A DNA stretch of 64,000 nucleotides from Pristiophorus japonicus (GCF_044704955.1 NC_091984.1:147312001-147376000), one strand, 5' to 3'. Positions 11,311 through 25,403 are shown, numbered from the stretch's first letter. Numbers and translations: made by a program. Notes: a model not told the origin generated them from the sequence alone.

Positions 11311-13236
11311 CTGGAGTTTGCACTCACACTGAACATGGATTTAGATGAATGTAACTCCCGCTTCAGAAATGGCGATGACTCGGGGTGTGGAGACAGGGAA
11401 AGAAGTGAGTGATACAATTTGAGAATATGGCGATAAACAACGTGAACTGAAGACATCCCCAGTCACACTTCCAACAGCAGACGGGATATGCATTGACCAG
11501 AACCGCGAGGAGACTTTGCCCGACAGTGTCAGTGTATTATGATGTCAATGAACATATTACACAGGGAAGGCAGAGGAAAAGGAGAAGATGATATTCAGCA
11601 AATTTCTGACAGTGAGCGCTGAGCAGCAAAACAAAAGCTTCGGAAGAAACAGAACAATCTCTCGGGCCCGCAGCAAGCGCAGTCATAAAGTGAAGCCCTG
11701 CTTCACAGAGCAAGTCATTTCAAAAGCAGTTCCCGGGATACTGAAAGCAGCCTTTCGAACTGGAACAGGTGACAGGGATATCAGCCAATGGGACCGCACT
11801 GAAGCAGGCCATTCGACCCATTGTAACCGGGCCTGCTCCCTGAAAGATCTGGCCAATTCATCCCAGTCGCTGCTTCTTCCCCATATCCCAGAAAGTTTTA
11901 TTTGTCAAGTAGATAACCAATTCTCTTCTGCGAGTGATTATTGCATCTGCCGAGCCAACCTCTCAGGCAATGCATTCAAGATCAGAGCAATAAATTCAAC
12001 TGGGTTTGTCTCTGAGAATTGACGGTGACCTTGGTGCTGGACACAGGGCGACAACTGACACTGGGCCTTGATATATTCCAAAAAGCCTTATTGTTACAGG
12101 CGCCTATCTTCCAGTGCGATCATTGGGCTGCATTGACCCTGGAAGTGGAGACAGTCAGTGGGGCAGTCAGACTCGCTTCACTCTGAGCTTACTGACTTAC
12201 ATCTTTCAATAGACTGTAGACTTTTACAATCTAACAGCCAAAATATCCGAGTTTTAAGCTGCTCACATTTCTTTCACATTAAACCTGGGAGGTTGTGTCG
12301 CATCCGGTGGCGGGAACTCATTGACTGAATGTGAGATGTCAGTTTCCTGTTGAAGTTGCATATCCATCGGACCGAACGGTTTAACATTGGCCGCTTTCAC
12401 ACACTGGGCTCTGACACACGGAACTGTAACTGTGCGGGAGAAGAATGTAAGACAGACACAGATTATGGGGCGGAGTGACAGGACTGCATCAAGTTGTGAA
12501 AGGTTGGGAGATGGGAGGTAGAAGCACATTGTTCCCAGTGGATGGGGGCTCAAGGAGGAGGCACCAAAGGCACTAGACATTTGGAATAAGGAACAGGACA
12601 AACTTCCCAACAAATAGTTGTGAGGTTGTGAGATTCAGTTCCAGGGTTTGTGTATAAGCAGCAAATATGTCCACATAAAAGTGGATGGGATAGGTGTGTG
12701 AGGGAAGGGGTGATGAGGGATGTGGGGACAGAGGGGTAAATGCCATTCTCACTAGCTGCTCACTATAAGGATCTGACGGGATTTTAAATGTGAATTTGAA
12801 TCGGGTGTTGAGCGGCTGTTTCTGGATGTGTGTGGAGCGGGAATCAGAGGGGGAGAATCTGGGCCAATTTCAAACATACTGAGTGTACAGTAATTGTCAG
12901 ACATTCCCGGCTGTTACAGCAGGTGGAGGGGAAGGAGAGGCTGTCTGTTGTAATGTGAATAAACCCATTGTATCATAAACTGCGCGGATTCTCAGCTATA
13001 ATTGCACCAGTCCCAATGTCAGTAAATGAAGGAAATAAATGATGTTTAAAATTAACATTCTAATGTCAATAAAACGCTCAGTTAAGGAACACGGGAGAGC
13101 GGGAAATATATTCACTGAATTTCTGATAATGAATGGACTTGGAAAAACGCAGCGAAAAAGGACAGTTACCGAGATAGGATCAGTAATGTAGTTAACCCCT
13201 GGTCTGAACATTTAGTCCCGGAATATAGTCACTTCC

Positions 13237-13336
13237 CGGGGATTCCAAGGAATGCTACAATGGGACAGTAAATCATTCCTGTCTGTGTCAGTGTCGGTAG
13301 CACGGTGAATGGATAGGCGGTGAACAGATCTCTCAT
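13237..13336 (-). pseudogene. Possible first coding exon of a shark GPR139/142-like GPCR with broken donor site
   Basis: ATG...MRDLFTAYPFTVLPTLTQTGMIYCPIVAFLGIP-G, phase-1 boundary followed by GGAAGT; resembles recalled IYYPxLAxxGxP start of TM1. Confidence 0.35.
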
Positions 13337-14274
13337 TCTGACAGAGAAGTGATGGTGACTCTTGGCTCTGGACACAGGGCTCCAACTGACTGTCAGATGT
13401 GAGATTGAGAGAAATTCCTTATTTATAATCAAGGAACACCTCCCGTGGGATCAGCAAATAGCAACATTGACATTATTTCCAGTCAGTGGGACAGCGGGAC
13501 ATCCCCCTTCATGGAAAGGTGTTATGTAAGTGTTTATAAATTGATGTTGGGTGTTATGAAATGAAACAGCCCAAAGATTGGAATAATATGCTGGTCCCTT
13601 GTCCATGTCTGGATGTACTGAAAGCCGGGCCCCTGAACCCAAACAGCTCCCTTTTCCTTCTGTGCTGGGACCCGGCTCACACATGGCCATGCACCAATTG
13701 CATTCCCCCAATTCTCAGACACCTCTCAAGGTTTCATACCGCCCCCGACCATGAGAACTCGCTCTTGTTCATCTCACACTGAGCTTTCACAATTGGAATA
13801 CCAATCTGTGTCCTTAGAACAGGAAGAGGTCGGGCTTTCGACCAACAGGAGGAATAAAGTAACATTCAAACCTCAGACAGAACAATGTGCCCAGGCCCTG
13901 AAATAACCTGGGTTTGATAAGGATTAGGAGCAGGAGGAGGTCACTGGGCCCCTCGACCCTGCTCCACCATTTAATGAGATCATGGCTGATCTGAAATGTC
14001 AGTGGAATTAAAATGCTCTGAATGTTTCAGGGGATGATACAGACACCAGACGCCGGACGGGCGGGAACCGAGGTATAGGGACCCGGACAATATTGCAATA
14101 AGCTCTGCCAAGTGTGAAGCAGGATGTGTCTGGAGATCTCCGTCCCCCAGGATGCTGCGGTGGGTCCAACGTTTGTGCTCAGCTCTTCATTGTCCATTAT
14201 TATCCATTCTGTGCAGGCCCACTTTGATCCTTTCAGTAATATAGGATATTAGGACTAGGGATATAGTAACATTG

Positions 14275-14690
14275 GGAACAGGAGCAGGCCATTCGGCCCA
14301 TTGGGTCTGCTCCCCATTCACATAGATCCTGGCCAATCTGCAGGCCAGCTCCATTTTCCCTCCTTGCTCCATATCAAGTGATACCCTTATCTAACAAATA
14401 TCTTCCATCTCAGCCTTGGAAGCCCCACTTGGCCCTGTATCCACTGGGGTGGGAATACCCACATTCCCACTACACTTCCTGCCGAAAAGTGCTTCCGGAC
14501 CTGGCTCCTCAAAGGCCTAGATCTAATTGTACCTTTATTTCACCAGGTCTTTAATCCCACACCAGAGGAAATAGTTTCTCTGCATCGACCCGATAGAAAT
14601 GGTTCACATTTTACACAACACTATCAGATCACCCTCCAGTCCCCTATACTGCAGTGAATTTATGTCATATTTATGCAATATTTAGCCACT
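14275..14690 (-). mobile_element. Old CR1/HER1 3'-end fragment
   Basis: ggaacaggagcaggccattcggccc... 3' UTR motif shared with other CR1 copies in the window. Confidence 0.6.
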
Positions 14691-14712
14691 AAAACCTGGT
14701 AATATTCTGTGC

Positions 14713-14866
14713 AGGAAGGTTCTCTTCCCTTCTAATGGGCGGGAGGGACCTCCACAGGAGACCAATGCAGCCTGGTTGCACAATGCACAGGACTCAAGCA
14801 GGAATGTCATCAGAGGACCTGGCTGCAGTGGTGCAAACCTTTCAATGATCTCAGTGGATCACAAAC
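14713..14866 (+). mobile_element. PIF/Harbinger Myb/SANT (NAIF1-like) ORF fragment, target of the Gypsy insertion
   Basis: RKVLFPSNGREGPPQETNAAWLHNAQ.../RTWLQWCKPFNDL matches the trihelix W...RTWxQCRKRFNDL pattern. Confidence 0.6.
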
Positions 14867-17800
14867 TATTATTTATGTATACTTGTATTTACTCTGTACA
14901 GCCATCAGAGGGCTTATCCCCTGGAGTCCCAAAGGATCCCATAATCTCTTGGGAGCACAGGTATTTAAGGAGGCTTCACAGGTTAGAGAGGCACTCTGGA
15001 GACCTGCAATAAAAGACTACGGTCACACTTTACTTTGAGCTCACTGTTCAGTCTGACTCTTTCTCCATACACAACAACTGACGACGAGATACAGATAGTG
15101 AACCCAAAGATGCAGAGAACAGTGGGCATCCTGGAGAAATTCTCGGAGGAAGATGATTGGAAAACTTTTGTGGAGTGACTCAACAAATACTTCATGGCCA
15201 ATGAGCTAGATGGGGAAGAGAGCACTGCCAAACGAAGGGCGAAACTCCTCACCATCTGTGGGGCACCAACTTATGGCCTCATGAAGAATCTGCTCACTCC
15301 AGCGAAACCCACGGAGAAATCGTACGCTGATTTGTGCATACTGGTCCGAGAGCATTTGAACCCAAAAGAAAGCATTCTGATGCTGAGTTATCGGTTCTAC
15401 ACCTGCAAAAGGATCTGAAGGCCAGGAAGTGGCGAGTTATGTTGCCGAGCTAAGACGCCTTGCAGGACATTGCGAATTTGAAGGACATTTGGAGCACATG
15501 CGCAGAGACTTTTTCATATTTGGGATTGGCTATGAAACCATACTTCGCAAACTTTTGACTGTAGAGACCCCAACCTTAATTAAGGGCATAGCGATAGCCC
15601 AGGCGTTCATTGCCATCAATGACAATAGGAAGCAAATCTCTCAGCACCAAATTGCTGCTACAAATACAGTGAACAAACTGATGTTGTTTTTGAATCATAA
15701 CGTACAGGGCAGGTCACACATACCTGCAGCTACATGACCGCAGATGTCTCAGAGTCCACCATCAAGGGTGATGAGTGCAAGCTATTAACACCTTGTTGGC
15801 GCTGCGGGGGTGATCATCGCTTCTATTCATGCCGATTCAAAGACTACGTTTGCAGGGAATGTAGTACAATGGGACGCCTCCAACGAGTGTGCAGGTAAGC
15901 TGCAAAGCCTGTTAAATCTGCAAACCACCAGAGGAGGACAGATCCACACAGGATCACGATGAACCAGAGCCTCAGATCGAGGAGGCAGAGGTACATAGGG
16001 TGCACATATTCACCACGAATTGTCCCCCGATAATGCTAAATGTTGAACGAAATGGACTCCCGGTCTCAATGGAGCTGGACACGGGCATGAGCCAGTCCAT
16101 CATGCGCAAAATGACTTTCAAAAAGTTGTGGTGGAACAAGGCCTCGAGGTCAGTCTTAACTCCAGTTCGCACGAAACTAAGAACTTACACGAAAGAACTG
16201 ATTCCTGTAATCGGCAGTGCTACCATAAAGGTCTCCTACGATGGAGCGGTGCAAAAGCTACCACTCTGGGTGGTACCGGGCGATGGTCCCACGCTGCTCA
16301 GCAGGAGCTGGCTGCGAAAGATACGCTGGAACTGGGATGACGTCCGAGTGCTATCGCCCGCTGACGACACTTCGTGTGCCCAGGTCTTAAACAAATTTTC
16401 TTCTCTGTTTGAACCATTCATCGGGAAATTCCAAGGATCAAAAATGCAGATCCACCTAATTCCGGCGGCACAACCCATCCATTACAAGGCGAGAGCAGTA
16501 TCGTACAAGGGTAGAGATCGAGCTAGACTGGCTGCAAAGAGAGGGCATCATTTCGCGGATCGAGTTCAATGAGTGGGCCAGTCCTATCATCCCAGTCCTC
16601 AAGGGAAATGGCACCGTCAGAATCTGTGGCGATGACAAAGTAACTATCAATTGTTTCACCCTGCAGGACCAATAGCTACTACAAAAGGCTGCCGACCTCT
16701 TTGCAATGCTGGCGGGAGGAAAGACGTTCACGAAGCTGGATCTGACTTTAGCCTACATGATGCAGGAACTGGAGGAATCATCGAAGGCCCTCACCTGCAT
16801 TAACATGCACAAAGGTCTTTTTGTTTATAACAGATGCCCGTTTGGAATCTGATTGTCGGCAGCGCTATTCTAGAGAAACATGGAAAGCTTACTGAAGTCA
16901 ATCCCGCACACCGTGGTCTTCCAGGACGACATCTTGGTCACAGGTCGGAACACAGTCGAGCACCTGCAGAACATGGAGGAGGTTCTTAGTCGACTCAACT
17001 GCATGGGGCTCAGGTTAAAACGCTCAAAGTGCATTTTCCTGGTGCCTGAAGTGGAGTTCCTGGGAAGAAGGATTGCGGCGAACAGCATCAGGCCCACCAA
17101 CGCGAAGACGGAGGCAATCGAGAATGCGCTGAGGCCGCAGAATGTGACGGAGCTGCGGTTGTTTCTGGGACTCCTGAACTACTTTGGTAACTTCTTACAG
17201 GGTCTCAGCACACTGTTAGAACCACTGTACATCTTACTACGAAAAGGGGATGAATGGGTTTGTGGCAAAAGCCAAGAAAATGCCTTTGTAAAAGCGAGAA
17301 AATTGCTATGCTCAAACAAATTGCTTGTGTTGTATGATCCATGTCAGCGTTTGGTACTAGCATGTGATGCGTCGTCAGATGGCGTCGGGTATATATTGCA
17401 ACAAGCTAATGATTTCGGGAAAATGCAACAAGTTGCTTTTGCATCCAGAAGTCTGTCTGAGGCTGAGAGAGCCTAGAGCATGATTGAGAAAGAAACGTTA
17501 GCGTGTGCATATGTGGTAGAGAAAATGCATCAATATCTGTTTGGGGTAAAATTTGAATTGGAAACTGACCATAATTCACTTATATCGCTGTTTTCCGAGA
17601 GAAAAGGGATAAATACCAACACATCAGCCTGCATCCAGAGATGGGCGCTTATGTTGTCCGCATACAACTTCGCTATCCGCCACAGGCCAGCCACAGAAAA
17701 CTGCGCCGATGCTTTCAGCAGGCTGCCATTGGCCACCACAGGGATGGAATTGGCGCAGCCCGCAGATCTAGGCATGGTTATGGAAGCATTTGAGAGTGAG

Positions 17801-19318
17801 CAATCACCCGTCACTGCCCGACAGATCAAAACCTGGACAAGCCAGGACCCCTTATTATCTCTAGTCAAAAGCTGTGTGCTTCACGGGAGCTGGTCCAGTG
17901 TCCCAGTGGAAATGCAGGAAGAGATAAAGCCTTTCCAGCGGCGCAAAGATGAAATGTCTATATATGCAGACTGCCTTCTGTGGGGCAATCGAGTAGTGGT
18001 CCCCAAGAAGGGCAGAGACACCTTCATCAATGACCTCCACTGTACCCACCCGAGCATTGTAATGATGAAGGCGATAGCCAGATCCCACGTGTGGTGGCCC
18101 GGTATCGATGTGGACTTAGAGTCCTGCGTTCACAGATGTAATACATGCTTGGAGTTAAGCAATGTATCCAGGGAGGTGCCGCTAAGTTTATGATCTTGGC
18201 CCTCCAAACCGTGGTCTAGAGTACACGTTGACTGTGCAGGACTGTTCTTGGTTAAAATGTTCCTTTGAGGTTGAAGAGCGTACTCCAAGTGGATTGAATG
18301 GGAGATAATTTCGGCTAGCACATCCGCTGCCACTACTGAAAGCCTGGGGGCCACCTTTGCCACACACGGCCTACCCAATGTGCTGGTGAGCGACAACGGA
18401 CCATATTTTACCAGTGCTGAGTTCGAAGAATTCATGAGCCGTAACGGGATCAAACATATCACATCTGCCCCGTTTAAACCAGCGTCCAATGCGCAGGCAG
18501 AGAGAGCAGTGCAAACCATCAAGCAAGGCTTGAAGAGGGTAACTCGCCCATCCCAAGTCCTGCTTAGCTACCACACAGGACCCCACTCACTCACTGGGAT
18601 CCCACCTGCTGAACGGCTCATGAAAAGAGCACTTAAGACAAGGCTCTCGTTAGTTCACCCTGATCTACATGAACAGGTAGAGAGCAGGCTGGCTTCAACA
18701 AAGTACACACTATGATAGCGCAAATGTGTCACGCGAGATTGAAATCAATGATCCTGTATTTGTATTCAATTATGGACAAGATCCCAAGTGGCTTTCCGTC
18801 ACTGTCATGGCCAAAGAGGAGAGCAGGGTGTTTCGCGTCAAACTTTCAAATGGACTCATTCAACAGAAACACTTGGACCAATCAAACTCAGATTCACGGA
18901 CTATCCTGAGCAACCCACCTTGGACCCTACCGTTTTTGATCCCCCAACATACACACGAGGGGCAACCGGCACCACGGTTGACCATGAAGCAGAACCCATC
19001 ATCCGCAACAGCCCAGCAGGGCCCAACACACCAGGGGGCAGCCCAGCAAGGCCAGCTCCACAGCAGCCCAGTGAGGGCCCAACAAATGATTCAACACCAG
19101 CTTTCACACCGAGATGATCAACCAGGGCAAGAAGGGCCCCAGATCGACTCACATTGTAAATAGTTACACTTTTGAATTTGGGGGGATCCCTTGGGAGCGC
19201 AGGTATTTAAGGAGGTTTCACAGGTTGGAGAGGCACTCTGGAGACCTGCAATTAAAGACTAAACTCACACTTTACTTTGAGCTCAGTGTTCAGTCTGACT
19301 CTTTCTCCATACACAACA
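14867..19318 (+). mobile_element. Gypsy/Ty3 LTR retrotransposon, decayed; 5' LTR 14867-15076, 5'-deleted 3' LTR ~19186-19318
   Basis: LTR repeats ending ACACAACA; PBS TGACGACGAG (tRNA-Ser-like) at 15079; gag from 15110; ELDTG protease, FQDD RT, ACDAS RNase H, SDNG integrase; G-rich PPT ~19180. Confidence 0.92.
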
Positions 19319-19896
19319 CAGATCCTTACTGAAAAGCCACACTCTACCTCATCCTGCTGTGCCAATCCTCACATCCCCATCACTCTACCTTCCCTAATCC
19401 TGCACTTCCTTACTCACACCAACTTAGCTTGCACCTCCACTCATCCCCTCTCTCTATCTCCATTATCACATCCCTTTCTCACCAGCCACCCCTCGCACTC
19501 ACCCTCACCTCGTCCAATCATACCAACTAAGCACACAAGGGTAGGCACTTGGCTCTTTTAGCCAAATAGTAAATCTTTATTTTTAACATGTTGCCTTCTT
19601 GGACAGTGGAAGTGTCTCAGTGAGTTGCAGTGATTAGCGAGACATAACATTACTCCCGCAATGGTGCTGAGTGTGAAAGGAATGATTTGTGCATTGTAGG
19701 GGTACTGTATGGTGCTGTTGTGGGGTGGTGCCAAACTGGTGCATCATGTGGCAGCCACAGTGCACAGTGTGAAGGGAAGTAAATGTGGCCACGGTGAGGG
19801 TATCCCTGGCCTCCCGGGCAGCAATGTCTTCAGGTGCTGATGCCCCGTGTCCTGTGCAGCATCAGGTGATTACGGAGAATGTTGATGCTGTGGTTG

Positions 19897-22392
19897 GTGC
19901 TGCTGGTATGTCTGGTGATGCTGGTGTGTCTGGTGATGTTGATGTGCCGGGTGATGCTGGTGTGTCTGGTGATGCTGGTGTGTCTGGTGATGCTGGTGTG
20001 TCTGGTGATGATGGTGTGTCTGGTGCTGCTGGTGTGCCTGGTGATGCTGGTGTGTCTGGTGCTGCTGGTGTGTCTGGTGATGCTGGTGTGTCTGGTGATG
20101 CTGGTGTGTCTGGTGATGCTGGTGTGTCGGGTGCTGCTGGTGTGTCTGGTGCTGCGGGTGTGCCGGGTGATGCTGGTGTGCAAGGTGATGCTGGTGTGCC
20201 TGGTGCTGCTGGTGTGTCCGGTGATGCTGGTGTGCCGGGTGATGCTGGTGTGTCTGGTGATGCTGGTGTGTCCGGTGATGCTGGTGTGTCTGGTGATGCT
20301 GGTGTGCCGGGTGATGCTGGTGTGTCCGGTGATGCTGGTGTGTCTGGTGATGCTGGTGTGCCGGGTGATGCTGGTGTGCCGGGTGATGCTGGTGTGCCTG
20401 GTGATGCTGGTGTGTCTGGTGATACTGGTGTGGCTGGTGATGCTGGTGTGTCTGGTGCTGCTGGTGTGCTTGGTGCTGCTGGTGTGTCTGTTGATGCTGG
20501 TGTGTCTGGTGCTGCTGGTGTGTCTGGTGATGCTGGTGTGTCTGGTGCTGCTGGTGTGCCTGGTGATGCTGGTGTGCCGGGTGATGCTGGTGTGCCTGGT
20601 GATGCTGGTGTGCCGGGTGATGCTGGTGTGTCTGGTGATGCTGGTGTGTCTGGTGATGCTGGTGTGTCTGGTGATGCTGGTATGTCTGGTGATGCTGGTG
20701 TGCCGGGTGATGCTGGTGTGTCTGGTGATGCTGGTGTGCCAGGTGCTGCAGGTGTGTCTGGTGATGCTGGTGTGTCTGGTGATGCTGGTGTGTCTGGTGA
20801 TGCTCGTGTGTCTGGTGATGCTGGTGTGCCGGGTGATGCTGGTGTGTCTGGTGATGCTGGTGTGTCTGGTGATGCTGGTGTGCCGGGTGATGCTGGTGTG
20901 TCTGGTGATGCTGGTGTGCCAGGTGCTGCTGATGTGCCTGGTGATGCTGGTGTGTCTGGTGATGCTGGTGTGTCTGGTGATGCTGGTGTGTCTGGTGATG
21001 CTGGTGTGTCTGGTGATGCTGGTGTTCCGGGTGATGCTGGTGTGTCTGGTGCTGCTGGTGTGCCGGGTGATGCTGGTGTGCCGGGTGCTGCTGGTGTGTC
21101 TGCTGATGCTGGTGTGTCTGGTGCTGCTGGTGTGCCGGGTGATGCTGGTGTGTCTGGTGCTGCTGGTGTGTCTGGTGATGCTGGTGTTTCTGGTGATGCT
21201 GGTGTGTCTGGTGATGTTGGTGTGCCTGGTGCTGCTGGTGTGTCTGGTGATGCTGGTGTGTCTGGTGATGCTGGTGTGTCTGGTGATGCTGGTGTGTCTG
21301 GTGCTGCTGGTGTGTCTGGTGATGCTGGTGTGTCTGGTGATGCTGGTGTGCCAGGTGCTGCTGGTGTGTCTGGTGATGCTGGTGTGCCGGGTGCTGCTGG
21401 TGTGTCTGGTGATGCTGTTGTGTCTGGTGATGTTGGTGTGCCGGGTGATGCTGGTGTGTCTGGTGATGCTGTGTGTCTGGTGATGCTGGTGTGTCTGGTG
21501 ATGCTGGTGTGCCTGGTGATGCTGGTGTGCCGGGTGCTGCTGGTGTGTCTGATGATGCTGGTGTATCTGGTGATGCTGGTGTGTCTGGTGATGCTGGTGT
21601 GCCGGGTGATGCTGGTGTGTCTGGTGATGCTGGTGTGCCTGGTGCTGCTGGTGTGTGTGGTGATGCTGGTGTGTCTGGCGATGCTGGTGTGCCAGGTGCT
21701 GCTGGTGTGTCTGGTGATGCTGGTGTGTCTGGTGATGCTGGTGTGCCAGGTGATGCTGGTGTGTCTGGTGATGCTGGTGTGTCTGGTGATGCTGGTGTGC
21801 CGGGTGCTGCTGGTTTGTCTGGTGCTGCTGGTGTGTCTGGTGATGCTGGTGTGCCTGGTGCTGCTGGTGTGTCTGGTGATGCTGGTGTGTCTGGTGATGC
21901 TGGTGTGTCTGGTGATGCTGGTGTGCCTGGTGATGCTGGTGTGCCGGGTGCTGCTGGTGTGTCTGGTGCTGCTGGTGTGTCTGGTGATGCTGGTGTGTCT
22001 GGTGATGCTGGTGTGCCGGGTGCTGCTGGTGTGTCTGGTGATGCTGGTGTGCCGGGTGCTGCTGGTGTGTCTGGTGATGCTGGTGTGTCTGGTGATGCTG
22101 GTGTATCTGGTGATGCTGGTGTGCCGGGTGATGCTGGTGTGTCTGGTGATGCTGGTGTGCCGGGTGATGCTGGTGTGTCTGGTGATGCTGGTGTGTCGGT
22201 TGATGCTGGTGTGTCTGGTGATGCTGGTGTGTCTGGTGATGCTGGTGTGTCTGGTGATGCTGCTGTGCCTGGTGCTGCTGGTGTGCCTGGTGATGCTGGT
22301 GTGTCAGGTGATGCTGGTGTGTTTGGTGATGCTGGTGTGTCTGGTGATGCTGGTGTGTCTGGTGCTGCTGGTGCGTCTGGTGATGCTGGTGT
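19897..22392. repeat. 18-bp minisatellite (GGTGATGCTGGTGTGTCT)n, ~139 units
   Basis: Direct tandem units with TCT/CCG/CCT and GAT/GCT variants; one 1-bp slip near 21470. Confidence 0.97.
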
Positions 22393-22649
22393 TGGGGCTG
22401 ATCATGGTGGGATTCTGAGGACCAAGGTGAGATTTTTTCAAGGGCACCGATGCGGATGGAATATCTGGCAGCTGAAGTTGAGATGACAGAAGCGATCTGT
22501 CAATGGTGAGAGAGGTTGCTCCAAGGAGGTGCCAGTGAATAGAGAGTTTACTCCAAACACTTCCAACCAGCTTCAAGCTCAAATGTGTATTCCAAATCCT
22601 GAATGCTCCAGCTTCTGAGATTGGAAGAATAGGCAGGTATTTCAGGAGA

Positions 22650-24178
22650 ACCCTAAGGGGAATCTCGCTCTCTAACCAGTTTTGTGTTCTGAAATTCGGT
22701 GTGGGAGATGTTTCCCAAGGATAATTCAGCCTGCTCCAAGACCATAGCACCATGTGTGGCTCCGCTGTATGGGACGGGTGGACAAGGGGGGGGTGGGGGG
22801 TGGACAAGGGGGGGGTGGGGGGTGGACAAGGGGGTGTGGGGCGGTGGACAAGGGGGGGGGGCGAGGGAGGAGAAAGGTCAAGAAAGCCATAGTTATAGAG
22901 GATTCTATAGTCAGGGGAGCAGACAGGTGTTTCTGTGGCCATAGTCATGAGTCCAGGATGGTATGATGCCTCCCTGGTGCGAGAGACAAAGATATCACAG
23001 AGCGGCTGCAATCCATTCAGAAGGGGGAGGGTGCACTGCCAGACATGTCAGACTGCCAATGACATGGGTAGAAAGAGGGACAGGAATGGCAACTCAACGT
23101 TCCTGGTTACGGGGCTTTCAGATGAGATAGAGAGAGGGTTTAAAATGAGGCATCGTAACATTATTGGTTAAAGAAACAATTATAGCTGTGAGTATGCATG
23201 CCATGTTAGACGAATCTTCAACTGATGCTATATGGATTGCACTAAGGAATAAAATAGGGACAATCACATTGCAACGAGTGTACTATCAACCCGCAAACAG
23301 TCCGAGGGTGATAGGAGAGCACATTTGCAGGATCATTTAACACAAGTGCAAAAACAATAGGGCAGTAATAGTGGGGGATTTTATTTAGCCCAATATTAGC
23401 TGGGATACAATCAGTGTAAAAGGTACAGGCGGCCCAGAATTCCTAAACTGTATTCAGGAGAAGGTTTTTAGCCAGTTAGCCAGCCTAACAAGAGTGTGGG
23501 GGATCAGTTCTGGATTGAGTGTCAGGGAATGAAGCTGGGAAGGTGGAAGGGATATCAGTGGGAGAGCATTGTTGTGGTCGTGATGATAATTCAGTTAGAT
23601 TTAGCATAGTTATGGATAAGGACAAAGATAAAACTGGAGTAAAGGTTCTAAATTGGGGGAAGGCCAATTTTACTGTGTTGAGAAGTGATTTAGCCAAAGT
23701 GGACTGGAAACAGCTACTTAAGCTACAGTGGGAGGCATTCAAGAGGGAGAAACAAGGGGTTCAGAGTAAACATGTTCCCACAAAGAAAATGGAAGAACTG
23801 CCAAATTTAAAAGCCCCTGGATGACTAGGGGCAGAAAGGGGAAGATAAGGCAAAAAGGGAAGCTTAGATCAGATATCCAGAGCTCAATACTGCAGAAAGC
23901 CGAGAAGAGGATAGAAAGTGTAGGGGTGACATCACAAACACAATTAGGAAAGAAAAGAGAGAGCATGAAAATATACTGGTGAGTAGAATTAAAGAAAACA
24001 CAAAGATATTTTTTCAGTTGATAAAGAGCAAGAAGATAAGTAAGGAAAGAGTAGGGCGGAGGATGGGGGTAAGGTACTTAATGAATCATTTGCCTCTATC
24101 TTCACAAAAGAGGGGGACCATGCAAATGTTGAAGATAAGGAGGAAGAGAGTGAAATATTGGATGGGATAAACATAGTG
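22650..24178 (+). mobile_element. Old CR1 LINE fragment (ORF1 esterase and ORF2 endonuclease region) with internal G-rich ~17-bp repeat at 22776-22860
   Basis: AIVIEDSIVRGADRCFCGHSHESRMV; VKVLNWGKANF. Confidence 0.75.
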
Positions 24179-24179
24179 A

Positions 24180-24560
24180 ACACCAATGCCTCCAATGCTT
24201 CATTGCAGAATGTGCAGGCTCTCTCCCTGGGACGTGGATCTGCCATGAGTACAGCTGCTTCTGTCCTCTGGCTCCTTGTCCTTGTCCTGCTCCTTGCTGA
24301 GGCAGCTGCACAGCCAGCAATGCTGAGAATGAGCTTCTGCAGCATCAATCAGCCTCCCCTTTAAGAACTAGAACCAGCCGGTGAAAATGATGACTTGCAA
24401 TTAAACTGCACGTGATATTGGTCCACCTTTTGAGTGTAATGCCAATGAGCTTGGTCTTAAAGACTTGAATTAGCGCTCCAATCATTTCTTTGAGTGGTCA
24501 GAATGAATTTTGCGTACAATCTAAAGCATTAGCACCTGGCGCTAATTCTCCAACTTTTCA
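24180..24560 (-). mobile_element. Harbinger-type fragment: start of Myb/SANT ORF and upstream region
   Basis: MADPRPRERACTFCNEALEALV resembles the RxRAPRFSDxxLExLV N-terminus. Confidence 0.45.
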
Positions 24561-24589
24561 AATGATACCGGCCATTCCTGGGTATAAAT

Positions 24590-25403
24590 AATTTCTCACC
24601 CATTGTCTTTGTTCCCACCACAAAATCCGTTCCCTAGCCACCAATTCCATCCCTCTCCCTTGCAACTGACTGAGCTGAACTTTGGTGGCATAGTTGACAC
24701 GTGATGAGCTTCTGAACACATGCCATCACGAAGACTGCCAATTGGCACCTCTGTAACATCGCCCATCTCCGCCCCTGCCTCAACACATCCCCAGCTGAAA
24801 CCCCCATCCATGCCTTTGTTAACTCTAGACTTGACTATTCCAATGCTCTCCTGGCCGGCTTCCCACATTCTACTCTACGTAAACCTTAGGCCATATAAAT
24901 CACTACTGCCTGTATTCTAATTCTCTCAAAGTGCTGTTCACCCACCGCCCCTGTACTCGCTGACCTACATTGGATACTTGTTAAGCATTGCCTGGATTTT
25001 AAAATTCTCACCCTGATATTCAGATCCCTCCATAGCTTTGGCCCTCCCTATCTCTATAATATCCTCTAGCCCTACAATCCTTGCAGATAGCTGCGCTCCT
25101 CCAATTCTGGCCTCTTGTGCACCTCCCATTATAAGGGCTCCACTATTGGTTGCCGTGCCTGAAGATGCTGAAGCCCTAAGCTCTGGAAATCCCGCCCTGT
25201 ACCTCTCCGCCTGGCTCCGACTCTTTCCTCCTTTCAGACTCTCGTTAAAACCTACCTCATTGACTAAGTATTTGGCCATTGGCCCTAATATCTCCTTATG
25301 TGGCTCAGTGTCAAATGTTGTTTGATAACGCTCTTGTGAAGCGCCTTGTGGTGTTTTACTGCTTTAAATGTGCTGTATAAAGGTATGTTTTTGTTGTTGT
25401 TGT
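24590..25403 (+). mobile_element. L2-clade LINE 3' portion with (TTG)n tail
   Basis: IHAFVNSRLDYSNALLAG motif near 24806; ends gtgaagcgccttg...tgttgttgttgt. Confidence 0.8.

Noticed and set aside
19785-22486. 877/534/337-aa collagen- or silk-like ORFs
   Set aside because: They are translations of an 18-bp minisatellite, with a frameshift mid-array and no gene structure.
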